The position numbers and the translations under genes are program-made. A DNA stretch of 64,000 bases from Eledone cirrhosa (taxonomy: Eukaryota), in NCBI GenBank assembly GCA_964016885.1, contig OZ024743.1, forward strand, positions 9,052,001 to 9,116,000, written 5' to 3'. Shown in pieces: positions 13,413-27,633 of this stretch (position 1 is the stretch's first letter; every line of letters begins with the position of its first letter). The notes under the pieces are model-generated. The model was given only the letters and a program-made list of their open reading frames with translations. It was not told the DNA's origin and searched no databases.

Positions 13413-15289
13413 GCACACACACACACACACGAACACACACACACACATATACATATATATATGATAGTGTATATCTATATATACGTGTGTATATTTATGT
13501 ATATGTGAGTGTGTATATATGTAGATGTGAGTGTATGTATATATTTATGTATGTATATATCTATATTTGTGTATATGTGTGTGTGTCTTTAATTTTTCCT
13601 TCTTATCTTTTATAATATTTTTTATCAAGTTTATATTTCTCTTTTTATATTTATCATCTATAAATTTTCAAAATAGGTTTTTATAGTAATGTGCCGGAGT
13701 TACATGTCTGTAGTTGGACAACACAGACTTTCCCTGCATTATGGCGTCATTTCGGATTTCTTAAATGTAAACAATTCCCTTGGCTGCTGGCTGTCGAGTA
13801 TTTTGGTGAGGTTATAATGAGGTTTTTAATCTTAAATAACTGATTTTGACAAGTCCCAGGAAGGGGATGACACGTTCGTAGATCAACATTTAATGTAAAA
13901 ACGTATTTGGTGTTTATTTCAATGAATTCTTTGCTTCGTGTATAATTATTATTTTTAGCACAATAGGATTTTGTACACATGCTCGTTTGGGAAATTCTTT
14001 CAAAGAAGTCTGAAACATAGCCTTTTGTACTGTTTATTATAATAAATTATTGTATTTTGAGCTGTTCGTAACTTCTCCACCTATGTTTACATTTTCTATA
14101 TTGTTTTTGTATGTATGTATATATTTATGTAGTGACTAACGGTAACGGTATGAATCTCAATGACATGTCACTTTCTTTCGTTCGCTCGTTATGTTGCTTT
14201 GAAGTGCAAAACCTAAGGTGGATATTACTTCGGTGTCCCAGCAGACAGAATTACAAAGACATTACCCTGGAGGGTAGAGAGGGAGATATGCTAAAACAGA
14301 TCATCTAACTCGTGGGGCTAATTCTTGCAGATGGCCAACACCCTGATTGCAATATGTCGAGAGGTGTTTTAGTACCCAGGATAGCTAAAGTTTTTACCTT
14401 TATGAACCATGATAAATCTATGAGAGGGTGATTTGACAGCTTACGACCTTCAGCTTGAGGGGCAGCGGACTCTGGATCAGACACTGAATTCACCAGGTAG
14501 GGAAAATATCGTTGCAGGTCAAATTCCAGATGATTTACCACCTTGAAACGATAAGATTGTATTGCCATCCGGCTGTTTTCCGTCTCCTCAGTCTAACTCC
14601 ACTTGTTTCAGCTTTGACGGGAAAGCAGACATTTTTTTTTGTGATTCCCTCTTCACTATTTCGGCAGCCACGGTGACATATTAACAAAACAATGTCGAGG
14701 AGATTTAATATGATCCAAACATACCAGGAATTGTTTCCCAGCACTTGTCAAAGATTGTAGATTGTTTTCTCTTCTCTCTGCATAATCATTTATTGTTAGC
14801 TTTTAATGCTCGCTCTATTAAATATCTTAACACTAACTTGACCTCTTCAATATATTTTTCAATTATCAAATTCCATTCTTAATTTAAATTTATCCTAACT
14901 TTAGTTTTCACTATAGTTTTACAGCGTTTTTACTATGTAAGCAATTATTGCCAAATTCTTCTTGTAAGCCACAGGCCGATAAACTATTAAATTCTATTTA
15001 TGGTATAGAGTTAACTAATAATACATCAGATTTAGTTGTCAGGCAGAAAAATGATATCTTATAATAATTTATTTAAATAACACCATATTTGTAAACATGA
15101 GGGAGACTCTCCGTGCTCTTGCCCTTCTTGGAGTAACAACTAAATATTTGTCAAGCGTGGTCTTTGCATCTTAAAAAAAAAGAGCAACTACGACTGGGAT
15201 AAATAACAGACGTGCCAGATCAGGACTGACCTGGAGCTAAACAACAACAAAAGTAACAACTTGTATTAACATTATTACTGTGCCATATA

Positions 15290-15440
15290 AGGTGGGGAAT
15301 TGGCAAAGTCGTTAGAATGTAGGCTAGGATTCTTAGCGGTATTTATTCTGTGCTCTCTGAATTTAAAGCTAGCCGAGGTCAACTTTGTCTTTATCATTTC
15401 AAGACCGATCAATAATGTATCACCCTAGTAATGGTGTCGA
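15290..15440 (+). mobile_element. Degenerate SINE family A
   Basis: GGTGGGGAATTGGCAAAGTCGTTAGA...GCCGAGGTCAACTTTGTCTTTATC. Confidence 0.6.
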
Positions 15441-17292
15441 TTCTGCTCTTCCTCTCTCCATGAAAAAAAAACCTGGGGAGGGATGGGTTCTACCAGATTT
15501 AAACATCCAAGACACGGCGCATATCCCATTACAGGTCCTCTACGACTCAATCAGGAATTAAGGGCCCAAGGCAAATAGCGAATATCTTGCAGTGAAGCTA
15601 ATGTTTTGGCATGTGAAATAGGCAACACAGTTTTGGTTCGTCGATTGTGGCCATTTCAATTTTGTGCCATTTAGATAGATTTCTTTATTAGCCACAAGGG
15701 CGCACAAGAAAAGGAGACAAAACAGAACGAGGTATTACTCTCATGAAAGAAATCCCTGTTAATTTAGAGAATATTTTTAACAATTATCTTCACATAAACA
15801 CAAAAGTCAACGAAGGAGCACCTAAGTCCCTTGTTGATCACATCACCTGCTAGACATAGCAGTTAAATCTTTCTTTCTTAAATCATGTCCTACATTCTCT
15901 CTCTCTCTCACTCACTCACTCACTCTATCCCCTCCCTCCTCTCTCTCTCTCGCCCCCTTCTTCTCTAACTCTTCTGCCTCTTCCTCCCCTTTCTCTGTAA
16001 AAAATGGAAAGTCACAATGGGAAATAAATTCCTTAGATAAACTGTTTGGAAAAACAAAACAAAAACAAAAGATAAAATCGCCAGAGCTGCAGCGTTTTCT
16101 TAGTCTGCTCAATCAGGGCTGGCCAAGGCAAAACAACAACAAGAAAAACAATATCAACACCGACCCCACCCCGCCCCTTCACCAGCAACAACAACAACAG
16201 CAGTTACAACAGCAACACAAGTTTAATTGCTCTGTATTTTAAGAGAAAATAGAAATAGGGAATTATGACGTTTCCCTCTGTCTCAGCATTTAACAGGACG
16301 TGGTATACATTCTCCCGCCCTCCTTCACCCTCTCTCGCCCTCGAAAACTCATCATTTGAACTATCTTAAAATCTTATCGTGTTCGTCTTTGAATTTCGAT
16401 TCAGACAGGAGTATTAACATAGTGTCATTACACACTACACAATATGTTATTAAGATAGTAAGACAATTGTGTTACTACAGCGCCATTATAGTGTAATTAC
16501 ACTATGTCCAGTAGTGGTTGTAGTAGTTGGTGTTGTCTAGACTTATGTCTGCCCTGACCGAACATAGCTTGAAGCAAATGCCTAACAACTAGCTACTACT
16601 ATCTTTTTTTTCTTAAGACAAAGTATACCTTGTACTACATTATCCAGTGTACCTTGGTGGGATATGAGGGAAACTCGGCAGCTACTTCTAACAGGTTGAA
16701 GGACAGTAAAAAAAAAAAAAAATAAAACAGGAGTAGGCAAACCTTTTTAGAGGCGTTGGGCCGTATTAGAAATGTTTTTATGTTTCGCGGGCCAAGAGGA
16801 ATATGAAACAAAACCATAATCGTACACGGCCTTTGAAAGAGTTTCTTTTAAAATTAATAAACGGTTTTCTCTATAAAAGTTCAACTTAGAAAATAAAGAA
16901 TGTTTTTGGGCGATGCCATAAAGAATAAATAGATAAATGTTTGCTAACCAAAGCTTGATAAAGAAAATAAAGAAGTTTTGTATGCAATGTCATATATTCT
17001 ATGAAGTCTATGGGCTGAATGAAAGAAAGCTGCAAACCAGTCTTCGCCCGCAGACCATGATTTTGGTATAAGAGTTTAACCTTTGGCTCGTGATAGTACT
17101 CGTATTATATAATGTATGAGTACACTATAGTAGTACCAACAGGTTGTGTGTGTAATTATAGTGCGTTTATATAGGGAGACTAACACAGAACTGTGTTACC
17201 TTTACAGTATTAAGTACTAAAGACATTTTGTGTTGTAAAGTTATGAGGCCAAACTACAGGGATAAGTATAAGTATTGGGAATGGTATATTAA

Positions 17293-18215
17293 CACACACA
17301 TACATACATATATGCCTACATACACATATGATCACATACACACATACACACATACATACATATATGCCTACATACACATATGATTACATACACACATACA
17401 TACATATATGCCTACATACACATATGATCACATACACACATACATACATATATGCCTACATACACATATGATTACATACACACATACATACATATATGCC
17501 TACATATACATATGATCACATACACACATACATACATATATGCCTACATACACATATGATCACATACACACATACATACATATATGCCTACATACACATA
17601 TGATTACATACACACATACATACATATATGCCTACATATACATATGATCACATACACACATACATACATATATGCCTACATACATATGTGCCTACATACA
17701 CATGATCACATACACACATACATACGTGTATGCCTACATACACATATGATCACATACACACATACACACATATATACATATATGCCTACATACACATGAT
17801 CACATACACACATACATACGTGTATGCCTACATACACATGATCACATACACACATACACACATTCATACATATATGCCTACATACACATGATCACATACA
17901 CACATACATATATGCCTACATACACATATGATCTCATACACACATACACATATATATGCCTACATGCACATATGATCACATACACACATACACACATACA
18001 TACATATATGCCCACATACACATATGATCACATACACACATACACATATATATATGCCCACATACACATATGATCACATACACACATACACATATATATG
18101 CCCACATACACATATGATTACATACACACATACACATATATATGCCCACATACACATATGATCGCATACACACATACACATATATATGCCTACATACACA
18201 TATGATCGCATACAC
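17293..18215. repeat. ~44-bp minisatellite built from CATA/CACA microsatellite units
   Basis: Unit ATATGCCTACATACACATATGATCACATACACACATACATAC; GCCTAC recurs at 17410 and 17454 and throughout, about 20 units of ~40-50 bp. Confidence 0.92.
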
Positions 18216-18403
18216 ACAAAAATACCCCCCTCCCCACAAAAAAAAACAAAAAAAAACAAAGATAAACAAAACAAAGCAAAACAAAGAAACAAGGAAAGCA
18301 ACCAGATGCAAACACAGATGTGTATGTATGTATGTATGTATGTATGTATGTATGTATGTATGTATGTATGTATGTATGTATGTATGTATGTATGTATGTA
18401 TGT

Positions 18404-18955
18404 GTCAGGTCACCAGTTGGTGCTACTGGTAACATGTATCCCAGTACAACCTGTCCCATGGTCGGGTCGTTGACGACTAAACTGGCAACCCCACCAAGGT
18501 TTCTTGATGAGGAGGGTTACTTTGGACATCCTGCAGGACTAAAAACAAAACCTGTCAAAGGGCAAAGGAGCTCTTAAGAGTCAATGGCCATCCAATATCA
18601 CCGGGAGAGATGATCCCTTAGCCTTTGTCAAGGCAGAATTCTAGGAGAAGGAAAACTCTGATATAACACCTGCAACCCTGATGGTATCCAATGATGTTGA
18701 CTTGTTCTTCTTTTTGGTAAATATCATCTTGGTTAAGAGAGTGGGACTGGCTTTGTGCAGTGCCTTTGCTCACTATAAAAGGTTCACGGCACAGGCATTG
18801 CTTTATATCTGGAGATCTCTCTGCACTTTGTTTGTACCAGAGTTTTCAAGTCGCTGGCTGGACTAAAAAGTCACACTCGTTCAGCGCATCGGTAGGGGGT
18901 TCTCCTACATGGATATAAAGTAGTGGCCGTACTCGAAAACGAGTTGGCAGCCACC
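18404..18955 (+). mobile_element. Non-coding RTE-like retroelement (family R), copy 1, with an internal ~56-nt deletion
   Basis: Flanked on both sides by (TATG)n. Contains CTAGGAGAAGGAAAACTCTGA (RTE-type 5'UTR motif, from recall) and a 3' hairpin GCCGTACTCG-AAAA-CGAGTTGGC before a (ATGT)n tail. No long ORF. Near-identical to 19904-20458 and 21741-22348. Confidence 0.8.
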
Positions 18956-19014
18956 ATGTATGTATGTATGTATGTATGTATGTATGTATGTATGTATGTA
19001 TGTATGTATGTATG

Positions 19015-19423
19015 TTTTCTCTTTCTCTTAATTTCGAGTATATTTTTTTGACCGGCCACCTTCCTGGTGGCAAGGTTGTAAAAGAAAAGAAATTGTCATC
19101 CCTTGAATCGCAAAAATGTTTTGCAAATTGTGAAGGAGCCAGCTATCGCAGCCATTTGTAGACTATGAATTAGGGAGCTGCGCTTTTTGTCCGCAAATCC
19201 AAGTTCAGTCATACTTTGGTCCAAGCGGGTTGGTATATAACCCATAGCTCCAATAATGATGGGTATGAAGCTAAAGGTGTATCTTGGATACAGAATTTGT
19301 AAACTCCTCATCAATGGTCCGTAGATGTCCTCCTTCTCCTGTATTTTTCTGACAACGTTTACATCAAGTGGGCAGCTGATCTCCACAACAGAACACGTTT
19401 TCAATGTGTGGTCCCAAACTACA

Positions 19424-19425
<2 letters not shown>
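19015..19425 (-). mobile_element. 5'-truncated REL-endonuclease non-LTR retrotransposon, family A, inserted in (CATA)n
   Basis: Translates [24 protein letters not shown]...EKEDIYGPL...PIIIGAMG...KTFLRFKG* (stop 19096-19098), the C-terminal REL domain aligning with the 43.5-kb element. 3'UTR then (CATA)n; (CATA)n also at the 5' junction. Confidence 0.88.
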
Positions 19426-19454
<29 letters not shown>

Positions 19455-19509
19455 TGTATGTATGTATGTATGTATGTATGTATGTATGTATGTATGTATG
19501 TATGTATGT

Positions 19510-19539
19510 GTTACCAGTAGCACCAACTGGTGACCTGAC
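19510..19539 (-). mobile_element. Inverted 5' end (~30 nt) of family R copy 2
   Basis: GTTACCAGTAGCACCAACTGGTGACCTGAC is the reverse complement of the first 30 nt of copies 1 and 3. Confidence 0.85.
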
Positions 19540-19656
19540 ATAATACATATATATATATATATACATATACACACATATACATATAAATATACATATACAT
19601 ATATATATATATATATACATATATACATATATATATATATACATATATATATATAC

Positions 19657-19705
<49 letters not shown>

Positions 19706-19706
19706 C

Positions 19707-19739
<33 letters not shown>

Positions 19740-19780
19740 CATAGATATATAATTATACATATACATATATATATATATAT

Positions 19781-19851
<71 letters not shown>

Positions 19852-19903
19852 CATAGATATATAATTATACATATACATATATATATATATATATACATAT
19901 ATG

Positions 19904-20458
19904 CATGGTCGGGTCGTTGGCGACTAAACTGGCAACCCCACCAAGGTTTCTTGGTGAGGAGGGTGACTTTGGACATCCTGCAGGACTAAAAACAAAACCT
20001 GCCAAAGGGCAAAGGAGTTCTTAAGAGTCAATGGCCATCCAAAATCACCGGGAGAGATGACCCCTTAGTCTTTGTCAAGGCAGAATTCTAGGAGAAGGAA
20101 AATTATGATATAACACCTGCAACCCTGATGGTATCCAATGATGTTGACTTGTTCTTCTTTTTGGTAAATATCATCTTGGTTAAGAGAGTGGGACTGGCTT
20201 TGTGCAGTGCCTTTGCTCACCATAAAAGCTTCACGGCACAGGAATTGCTTTATATCTGGAGATCTCTCTGCACTTGTCGTCACATGGTTCCACGGGCCTA
20301 GTACTATGAGTCAAGAATTGTCACAAGTGTAGTGTTTGTACCAGAGTTTTCAAGTCGCTGGCTGGACTAAAAAGTCACACTCGTTCAGCGCATCGGTAGG
20401 GGTTCTCCTACATGGATATAAAGTAGTGGCCGTACTCTAAAACGAGATGGCAGCCACC
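19904..20458 (+). mobile_element. Family R copy 2 (body)
   Basis: Resumes at CATGGTCGGGTCGTTGGCGAC, ends GCAGCCACC then (ATGT)n. Confidence 0.85.
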
Positions 20459-20550
20459 ATGTATGTATGTATGTATGTATGTATGTATGTATGTATGTAT
20501 GTATGTATGTATGTATGTATGTATGTATGTATGTATGTATGTATGTATGT

Positions 20551-20652
20551 GTTCTGGTTTTATAATTTCACAAAGTTTTACCAATAGAGAGTCGGTTTCT
20601 AACATAGACACAAGACTCTCTCATTGGAATTTAAACATCAACTAGGTAGATT
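20551..20652 (-). mobile_element. 3' end of REL family B, copy a
   Basis: Matches 21103-21210 (TTCTGGTTTTATAATTTCACAAA...CATCAACTAGGTAGA); abuts (TATG)n. Confidence 0.8.
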
Positions 20653-20872
20653 ATATATGTATGTGTGTATGTATGTGCATATGTGTATGTATGTGTGTAT
20701 GTATGTGTGTATGTATGTATGTATATATGTATGTGCGTATGTATGTATGTATGTATGTATATATGTATGTGTATGTATGTGTATGTATGTGTGTATGTAT
20801 GTATGTATATTTGTATGTATGTGTATATGTATGTATGTGTGTATGTATGTATGTGTGTATGTATGTATGTAT

Positions 20873-21088
20873 GTTCTGGTTTTATTTCTTTTACGACTAG
20901 AGAGAGAACCGGTTTCTAACATAGAACCAAGAATCTTTCACTGGACTCTAGACAACATCAACTAGGTAAATATATATGTATGTCTCTATGTGATTGAGTG
21001 TGTTTACAAACATGGATATTAATGCATGTGTGGATCTATAATGTACATGTGCATATGTTTCTGTATTCATACGTGTTTATATGCAGTT
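20873..21088 (-). mobile_element. 3'UTR of REL family B, diverged copy b
   Basis: Homologous to 21103-21330 up to ATGCAGTT, i.e. almost to the stop codon; TATG-type repeats on both sides. Confidence 0.7.
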
Positions 21089-21102
21089 GTATGTATGTAT
21101 GT

Positions 21103-21656
21103 TTTTCTGGTTTTATAATTTCACAAATTTTTTCCCACTAGAAAGAGAGCCGGTTTCTAACATAGACACAAGACTCTCTCATTGGAATTTACACAACATC
21201 AACTAGGTAGATTATGTATGTCTGCATGCATATGTAGATATGGATGTTATTGTATGTGTGGATGTGGATGTTTTGAGTTGTATGTGTGCATGTGTATATG
21301 CTTTGTATCTGTACATGTGTATATGCAGTTATTAGATGCAAAATTTTTGGAATGTTTTACATATTTTTACTGTTCCATTAATGGATTGTACTTGTAATTT
21401 CCTAACTAGTTGTGTTCTTTCTGTTCCCGTGAAGCCTAACTTCTCAAGATTTGCATTGAGGCAGTTACTAACATATCCCAGTGCCCCAATAACCACAGGC
21501 ATAAATCTGAAGGTGTAATAAGGGTGGAGTATCTGCAGATTTCTCATCAGTTCTGCATAAATATTCTCCTTTTCGCTAATCTTTGATATTATATTGGCAT
21601 CTGCTGGGCAGCTAATTTCCACTACTGTGCATGCTTTCTTCTCCCTGTCCCATATC

Positions 21657-21658
<2 letters not shown>
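21103..21658 (-). mobile_element. 5'-truncated REL non-LTR retrotransposon, family B, copy c, inserted in (CATA)n
   Basis: MIWDREKKACTVVEISCPADANI...EKENIYAEL...PVVIGALG...KTFQKFCI* (stop 21332-21334), then a 3'UTR and CATAC repeats. Confidence 0.88.
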
Positions 21659-21687
<29 letters not shown>

Positions 21688-21740
21688 TGTATGTATGTAT
21701 GTATGTATGTATGTATGTATGTATGTATGTATGTATGTAT

Positions 21741-22348
21741 GTCAGGTCACCAGTTGGTGCTACTGGTAACATGTATTCCAGTACAACCTGTCCCATGGTC
21801 GGGTCGTTGGCGACTAAACTGGCAACCCCACCAAGGTTTCTTGGTGAGGAGGGTAACTTTGGACATCCTGCAGGACCAAAAACAAAACCTCTCAAAAGGC
21901 AAAGGAGCTCTTAAGAGTCAATGGCCATCCAAAATCACCGGGAGAGATGACCGCTTAGCCTTTTTCAAGGCAGAATTCTAGGAGAAGGAAAACTCTGATA
22001 TAACACCTGCAACCCTGATGGTATCCAATGATGTTGACTTGTTCTTCTTTTTGGTAAATATCATCTTGGTTAAGAGAGTGGGACTGGCTTTGTGCAGTGC
22101 CTTTGATCACTATAAAAGCTTCACGGCACAGGCATTGCTTTATATCTGGAGATCTCTCTGCACTTGTCGTCACATGGTACCATGGGCCCAGCACTATGTG
22201 TCAATAATTGTCACAAATGTAGTGTTTGTACCAGAGTTTTCAAGTCGCTGGCTGGACTAAAAAGTCACACTCGTTCAGCGCATCGGTAGGGGTTCTCCTA
22301 CATGGATATAAAGTAGTGGCCGTACTCGAAAACGAGTTGGCAGCCACC
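21741..22348 (+). mobile_element. Family R copy 3 (apparently full length, 608 bp)
   Basis: Starts GTCAGGTCACCAG at the same nucleotide as copy 1; (TATG)n on both sides. Confidence 0.88.
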
Positions 22349-22458
22349 ATGTATGTATGTACGTATGTATGTATATATGTATGTAAAGATATCCGTCTCA
22401 ATGACTTAGTATGTCTTTCGATTTCTTTGTTATATATTTCGACGTTGAATATAATATA

Positions 22459-22747
22459 CAGGGGCCTCATTTGCCTTAAAAATGTAAGGGGGACAAACCA
22501 ATATTTGTTGATTCTTAAAGGAACATGTTAGTATTGCTTATGGTGCATTTCCTGGACCCTATCACATAATGTTACGCTAAGTACATTTTATATATTCAAA
22601 TGAAGTTCAGATATAAAAAAATAAGCTTATAAAGAATTTATTATATCAAATAAACACAAAATAAAATATAGATGTTTAAAAAAGTGGGTGGCTGGGGTGG
22701 GGGGTGGGGGACTTGTTCCCTGGTAACCCCTTGAAACAAGGCCCTTG
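22459..22747 (+). mobile_element. hAT-type MITE family M8, copy 1
   Basis: Ends CAGGGGCCTCATTT / AAACAAGGCCCTTG; perfect 8-bp TSD ATAATATA (22451-22458 / 22748-22755). Confidence 0.88.
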
Positions 22748-22789
<42 letters not shown>

Positions 22790-23714
22790 AATGATAACGA
22801 AAAATAAAAGGGTATGTATTTTGAATTGACAAATTCACAGCACATCAATGAGGTTTACGAGTAAACAGCTCCGCAGTTAACTGCCAAGCTTTTTAGGAAA
22901 GTCTTGCTTAACTTCTGAGAATGCTACTTAAACATGTATCACAATTGCAGTTGATATTGTTATTTCTATTGTTGCTGACGTGCTATTTGTGTTGGTATTC
23001 AGATTGTCAGTATATTGTCTGAAGTTGGAGTTGCGTCTGTTGATCTTCAGTTTGGCAGTGCCATCAGGTTTCCTACTGTTCTTATTGACGTCACTAACAC
23101 TCATCTAGAGTGTGGCAGTCTTTTGACATTTGTTTACAATATCACTGCCGTGCAATCTTTTTCGATTAAGTAGTCAGGAGCCTAAGGAACACACGATTCT
23201 ATCAGACGTTTTATACAATGAAAGGAACGTTTATCAAATAAACAAACCCTTTAAGCGGCAAATATTGGTATATATACATATAATCTGTTCATTTTATGTA
23301 TTACGCTGTCTTCTATTGTATTCTTTATAGTATATAATTTAGCTTACCTATTACACTTCTCAACGACGCTATAACGAAATTAGATATCATATAGTGTTTA
23401 TTGAATTAGGAATTAATTTATACCGGCTTACAAATACTGGCGGTGTTTATGTTTATGGTGTTGTGTTTATTATATCCTGTAACTTATCGGTTAGACAAAT
23501 AGAGCCCAATAAAATAAATAGAACAACGACAACAACTCGCATTTTAAGGCTATTTCCCCTGCTAAAGCAAGAGTTAATCTCGCGGATCCCATGGCTTATG
23601 GCCCTTTTTGAGGTACTTTTTACAGTCGGATTCCTTCTTGTACACCAAGTCTTTTAGTCGTCTTATATGATATGCAAAGTGATAGTGTGCCTAATCTAAA
23701 CCGGATATACTTAC

Positions 23715-23845
23715 TCAGACCATTAAAGTATATACTAAACTAAAGTCAATATTGGGGTCAACATCATCGATTAAAACCTCGAAAGCGGTGGCCTAGCATG
23801 GCTGCAGTTCTTAAACTGTAGCCAGTAAAAGAAAAAAGAAAAAAA
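23715..23845 (+). mobile_element. SINE 3' portion (family with GGTGSYCYAGCATGGC...CCAGTAAAAGA tail)
   Basis: Homologous to 51260-51385. Confidence 0.55.
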
Positions 23846-24041
23846 GAAACCCCTGAAAATATCGTATGACACCATTGATATTAACGAGGTATTGACATAT
23901 TATCGGAGTACAATGTAAATATTAAATATTTGCAGTTACACAGTCTATAATACATCAATTAAAAATCGTCTTTTACAACCCTAACTACCACTTTAAATAG
24001 CAAAGGGTTACATTTGTATGGATGTATGTATGTATAATATA

Positions 24042-24094
<53 letters not shown>

Positions 24095-24454
24095 TATCTC
24101 TCTCTCTCTCTCTCTCTCTACACACATATATATATATATATCTATATATATATATACTGTATATATATGTGTGTGTGTATACACATATATATATACACTC
24201 ACACACACATCACAACACACATACACACACACACACACATATATATATATACACACACATAGATCATTAGTCATATATACACACATACATATAGGTTTGC
24301 CAGTGCAAACGGGGATAAGTAAACGCTATGTATGGCTAGAGTTCTATATATTATATAGTTGTAAATCTCTACCAGTAGCTCAAGAGCCACGAGCTTTTGG
24401 CTAAAGACTCTTATGAAACTGGTGATAAGAGTCACTAGTATAACTTTACAGCCT

Positions 24455-24554
<100 letters not shown>

Positions 24555-24848
24555 CAACACAAACACACGCACACTCACACATAGTTCCGATATTAAGGCT
24601 AAATCAGGGTCCTGTTAATCTGGAGTTTCGCCTGTATGTTCACAAGTTTATCAGACAAGTCATGTCTTGACCCGGTGGACAACACAGATGAAACTCCCGA
24701 GTAACAGGACGAGATTTGGCTTTAAAGAAAATATTAATCTCTACGATAGTATTAAGGACACATTTTCGCACCCGTACATATACCTATGTACATATATATA
24801 TATATATGTATGTATATATATATATGTATGTATATATATATATATATG

Positions 24849-25121
<273 letters not shown>

Positions 25122-25134
25122 TTCATAAACTTCT

Positions 25135-25179
<45 letters not shown>

Positions 25180-25190
25180 GTATATATATG

Positions 25191-25222
<32 letters not shown>

Positions 25223-25224
25223 TG

Positions 25225-26228
<1,004 letters not shown>

Positions 26229-26366
26229 GGTGTTATATCTATGTATATTTATATTTATCATAATACATGTATATATGTTGTATATATATATGTACAGTAT
26301 ATATTATACATATGTACATTTCTCTCTCACTATATATATATATATATATACTGTATATATATATAT

Positions 26367-26429
<63 letters not shown>

Positions 26430-26782
26430 GGCAATCACAATGTATGTTATTTTTAGGTTAACCCATGAATAATATCAAGAGAAAGAGTGAATTACAGAGA
26501 CGGGAAGTAAATAGATTGAACTGGTCGATAATCAATAATTATTTTGACGGTAGGAAGTAGCTGAGATATCAGAACACTGGACTCAAAGCAACACCGTATT
26601 TACATTTGTGTCTTTTGGTTTAGGGTCGGACCCTATCAGATTAAAAGGAATGGAAAGGTCCCTTAACTTATGTTGGAGTCGCAGGGCACTGTTCAGACAC
26701 ACGACATGTCCTAGACATTTTAAACATAGCAGAACCTATCTCTCTTCACGTCGGAGTATAGTCGACGTCTTCCTGAGAAGGT

Positions 26783-26860
<78 letters not shown>

Positions 26861-26881
26861 GCGAGAGAGAGAGAGAGAGTG

Positions 26882-26919
<38 letters not shown>

Positions 26920-26924
<5 letters not shown>

Positions 26925-27050
26925 AATCGACCCTAGTGTGTTATTTATCAACCTCCAAATGATGAATGGCAAAATTGACCTCGGCGGAATTTGAACTTGG
27001 AACGCATTGAGCCGGAACAATTATCGAAGCATTTAATCCTTGCGAATTCG
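26920..27050 (-). mobile_element. Degenerate SINE family A
   Basis: GGCAAAATTGACCTCGGCGGAATTTGAAC. Confidence 0.6.
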
Positions 27051-27359
27051 CTTTCTCATGTCAGACCAGGGATTGCTTTTTGTCCGTCTATGATCAATAA
27101 TAAAGCTATGAATAGAATATTGCGCATATAGTTTTCTACTATAATAAAAGTGTTGTTGAATTTATGTAAGAATTCTATATGAATTGAGCTAAGAGGGAGA
27201 GGTCCCTTACTGGTAGCTTCATCGACTGGAATAGCAGCAAATACCCTCAAATCTCACACCGTCGTCTTAAAAAATGCTAAATACATTCGGTAATGTTGTC
27301 TAATATACACAAACTCTGAATAAAAAAGACTGGATGTTCACAAATGGAACACCCATGAT

Positions 27360-27633
27360 CAGGGTCTTCATTTGCCTTAAAAATGTGAGGGGGACAAACC
27401 AACATTTGTTGATTCTTAAAGGAACATGTTAGTATTGCTTATGGTGCCTTTCCCGGACCCTATCACATAAGTAAGATTTTACGGTAATTAAATTTTATAT
27501 ATTCAAATGAAGTTCAGATATAAAAAAAATAAGCTTAAAAAGAATTTATTATATCAAAAAAATAAAACATAGACGTTTGAAAAAGTGGAGGGGGGGATTT
27601 TCCCCCTGGTACCCCCCTGAAACAAGGCCCTTG
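27360..27633 (+). mobile_element. hAT-type MITE family M8, copy 2
   Basis: Homologous to 22459-22747; perfect 8-bp TSD CCCATGAT (27352-27359 / 27634-27641). Confidence 0.9.

Noticed and set aside
13680-14960. Higher-complexity region with short - strand ORFs as exons or a LINE
   Set aside because: No recognisable motif or continuous frame; may be a decayed TE but cannot be supported without a search.
17293-18215. Regular ~44-bp repeat as a CRISPR array
   Set aside because: No unique spacers, no cas genes, eukaryotic context.
19096-21895. Fusion proteins of repeat peptide and nuclease (198 aa, 187 aa)
   Set aside because: The N-termini are (CATA)n read-through into truncated REL fragments.
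22930-23180. Possible exon on - strand (~58 codons)
   Set aside because: No domain similarity or convincing splice sites.
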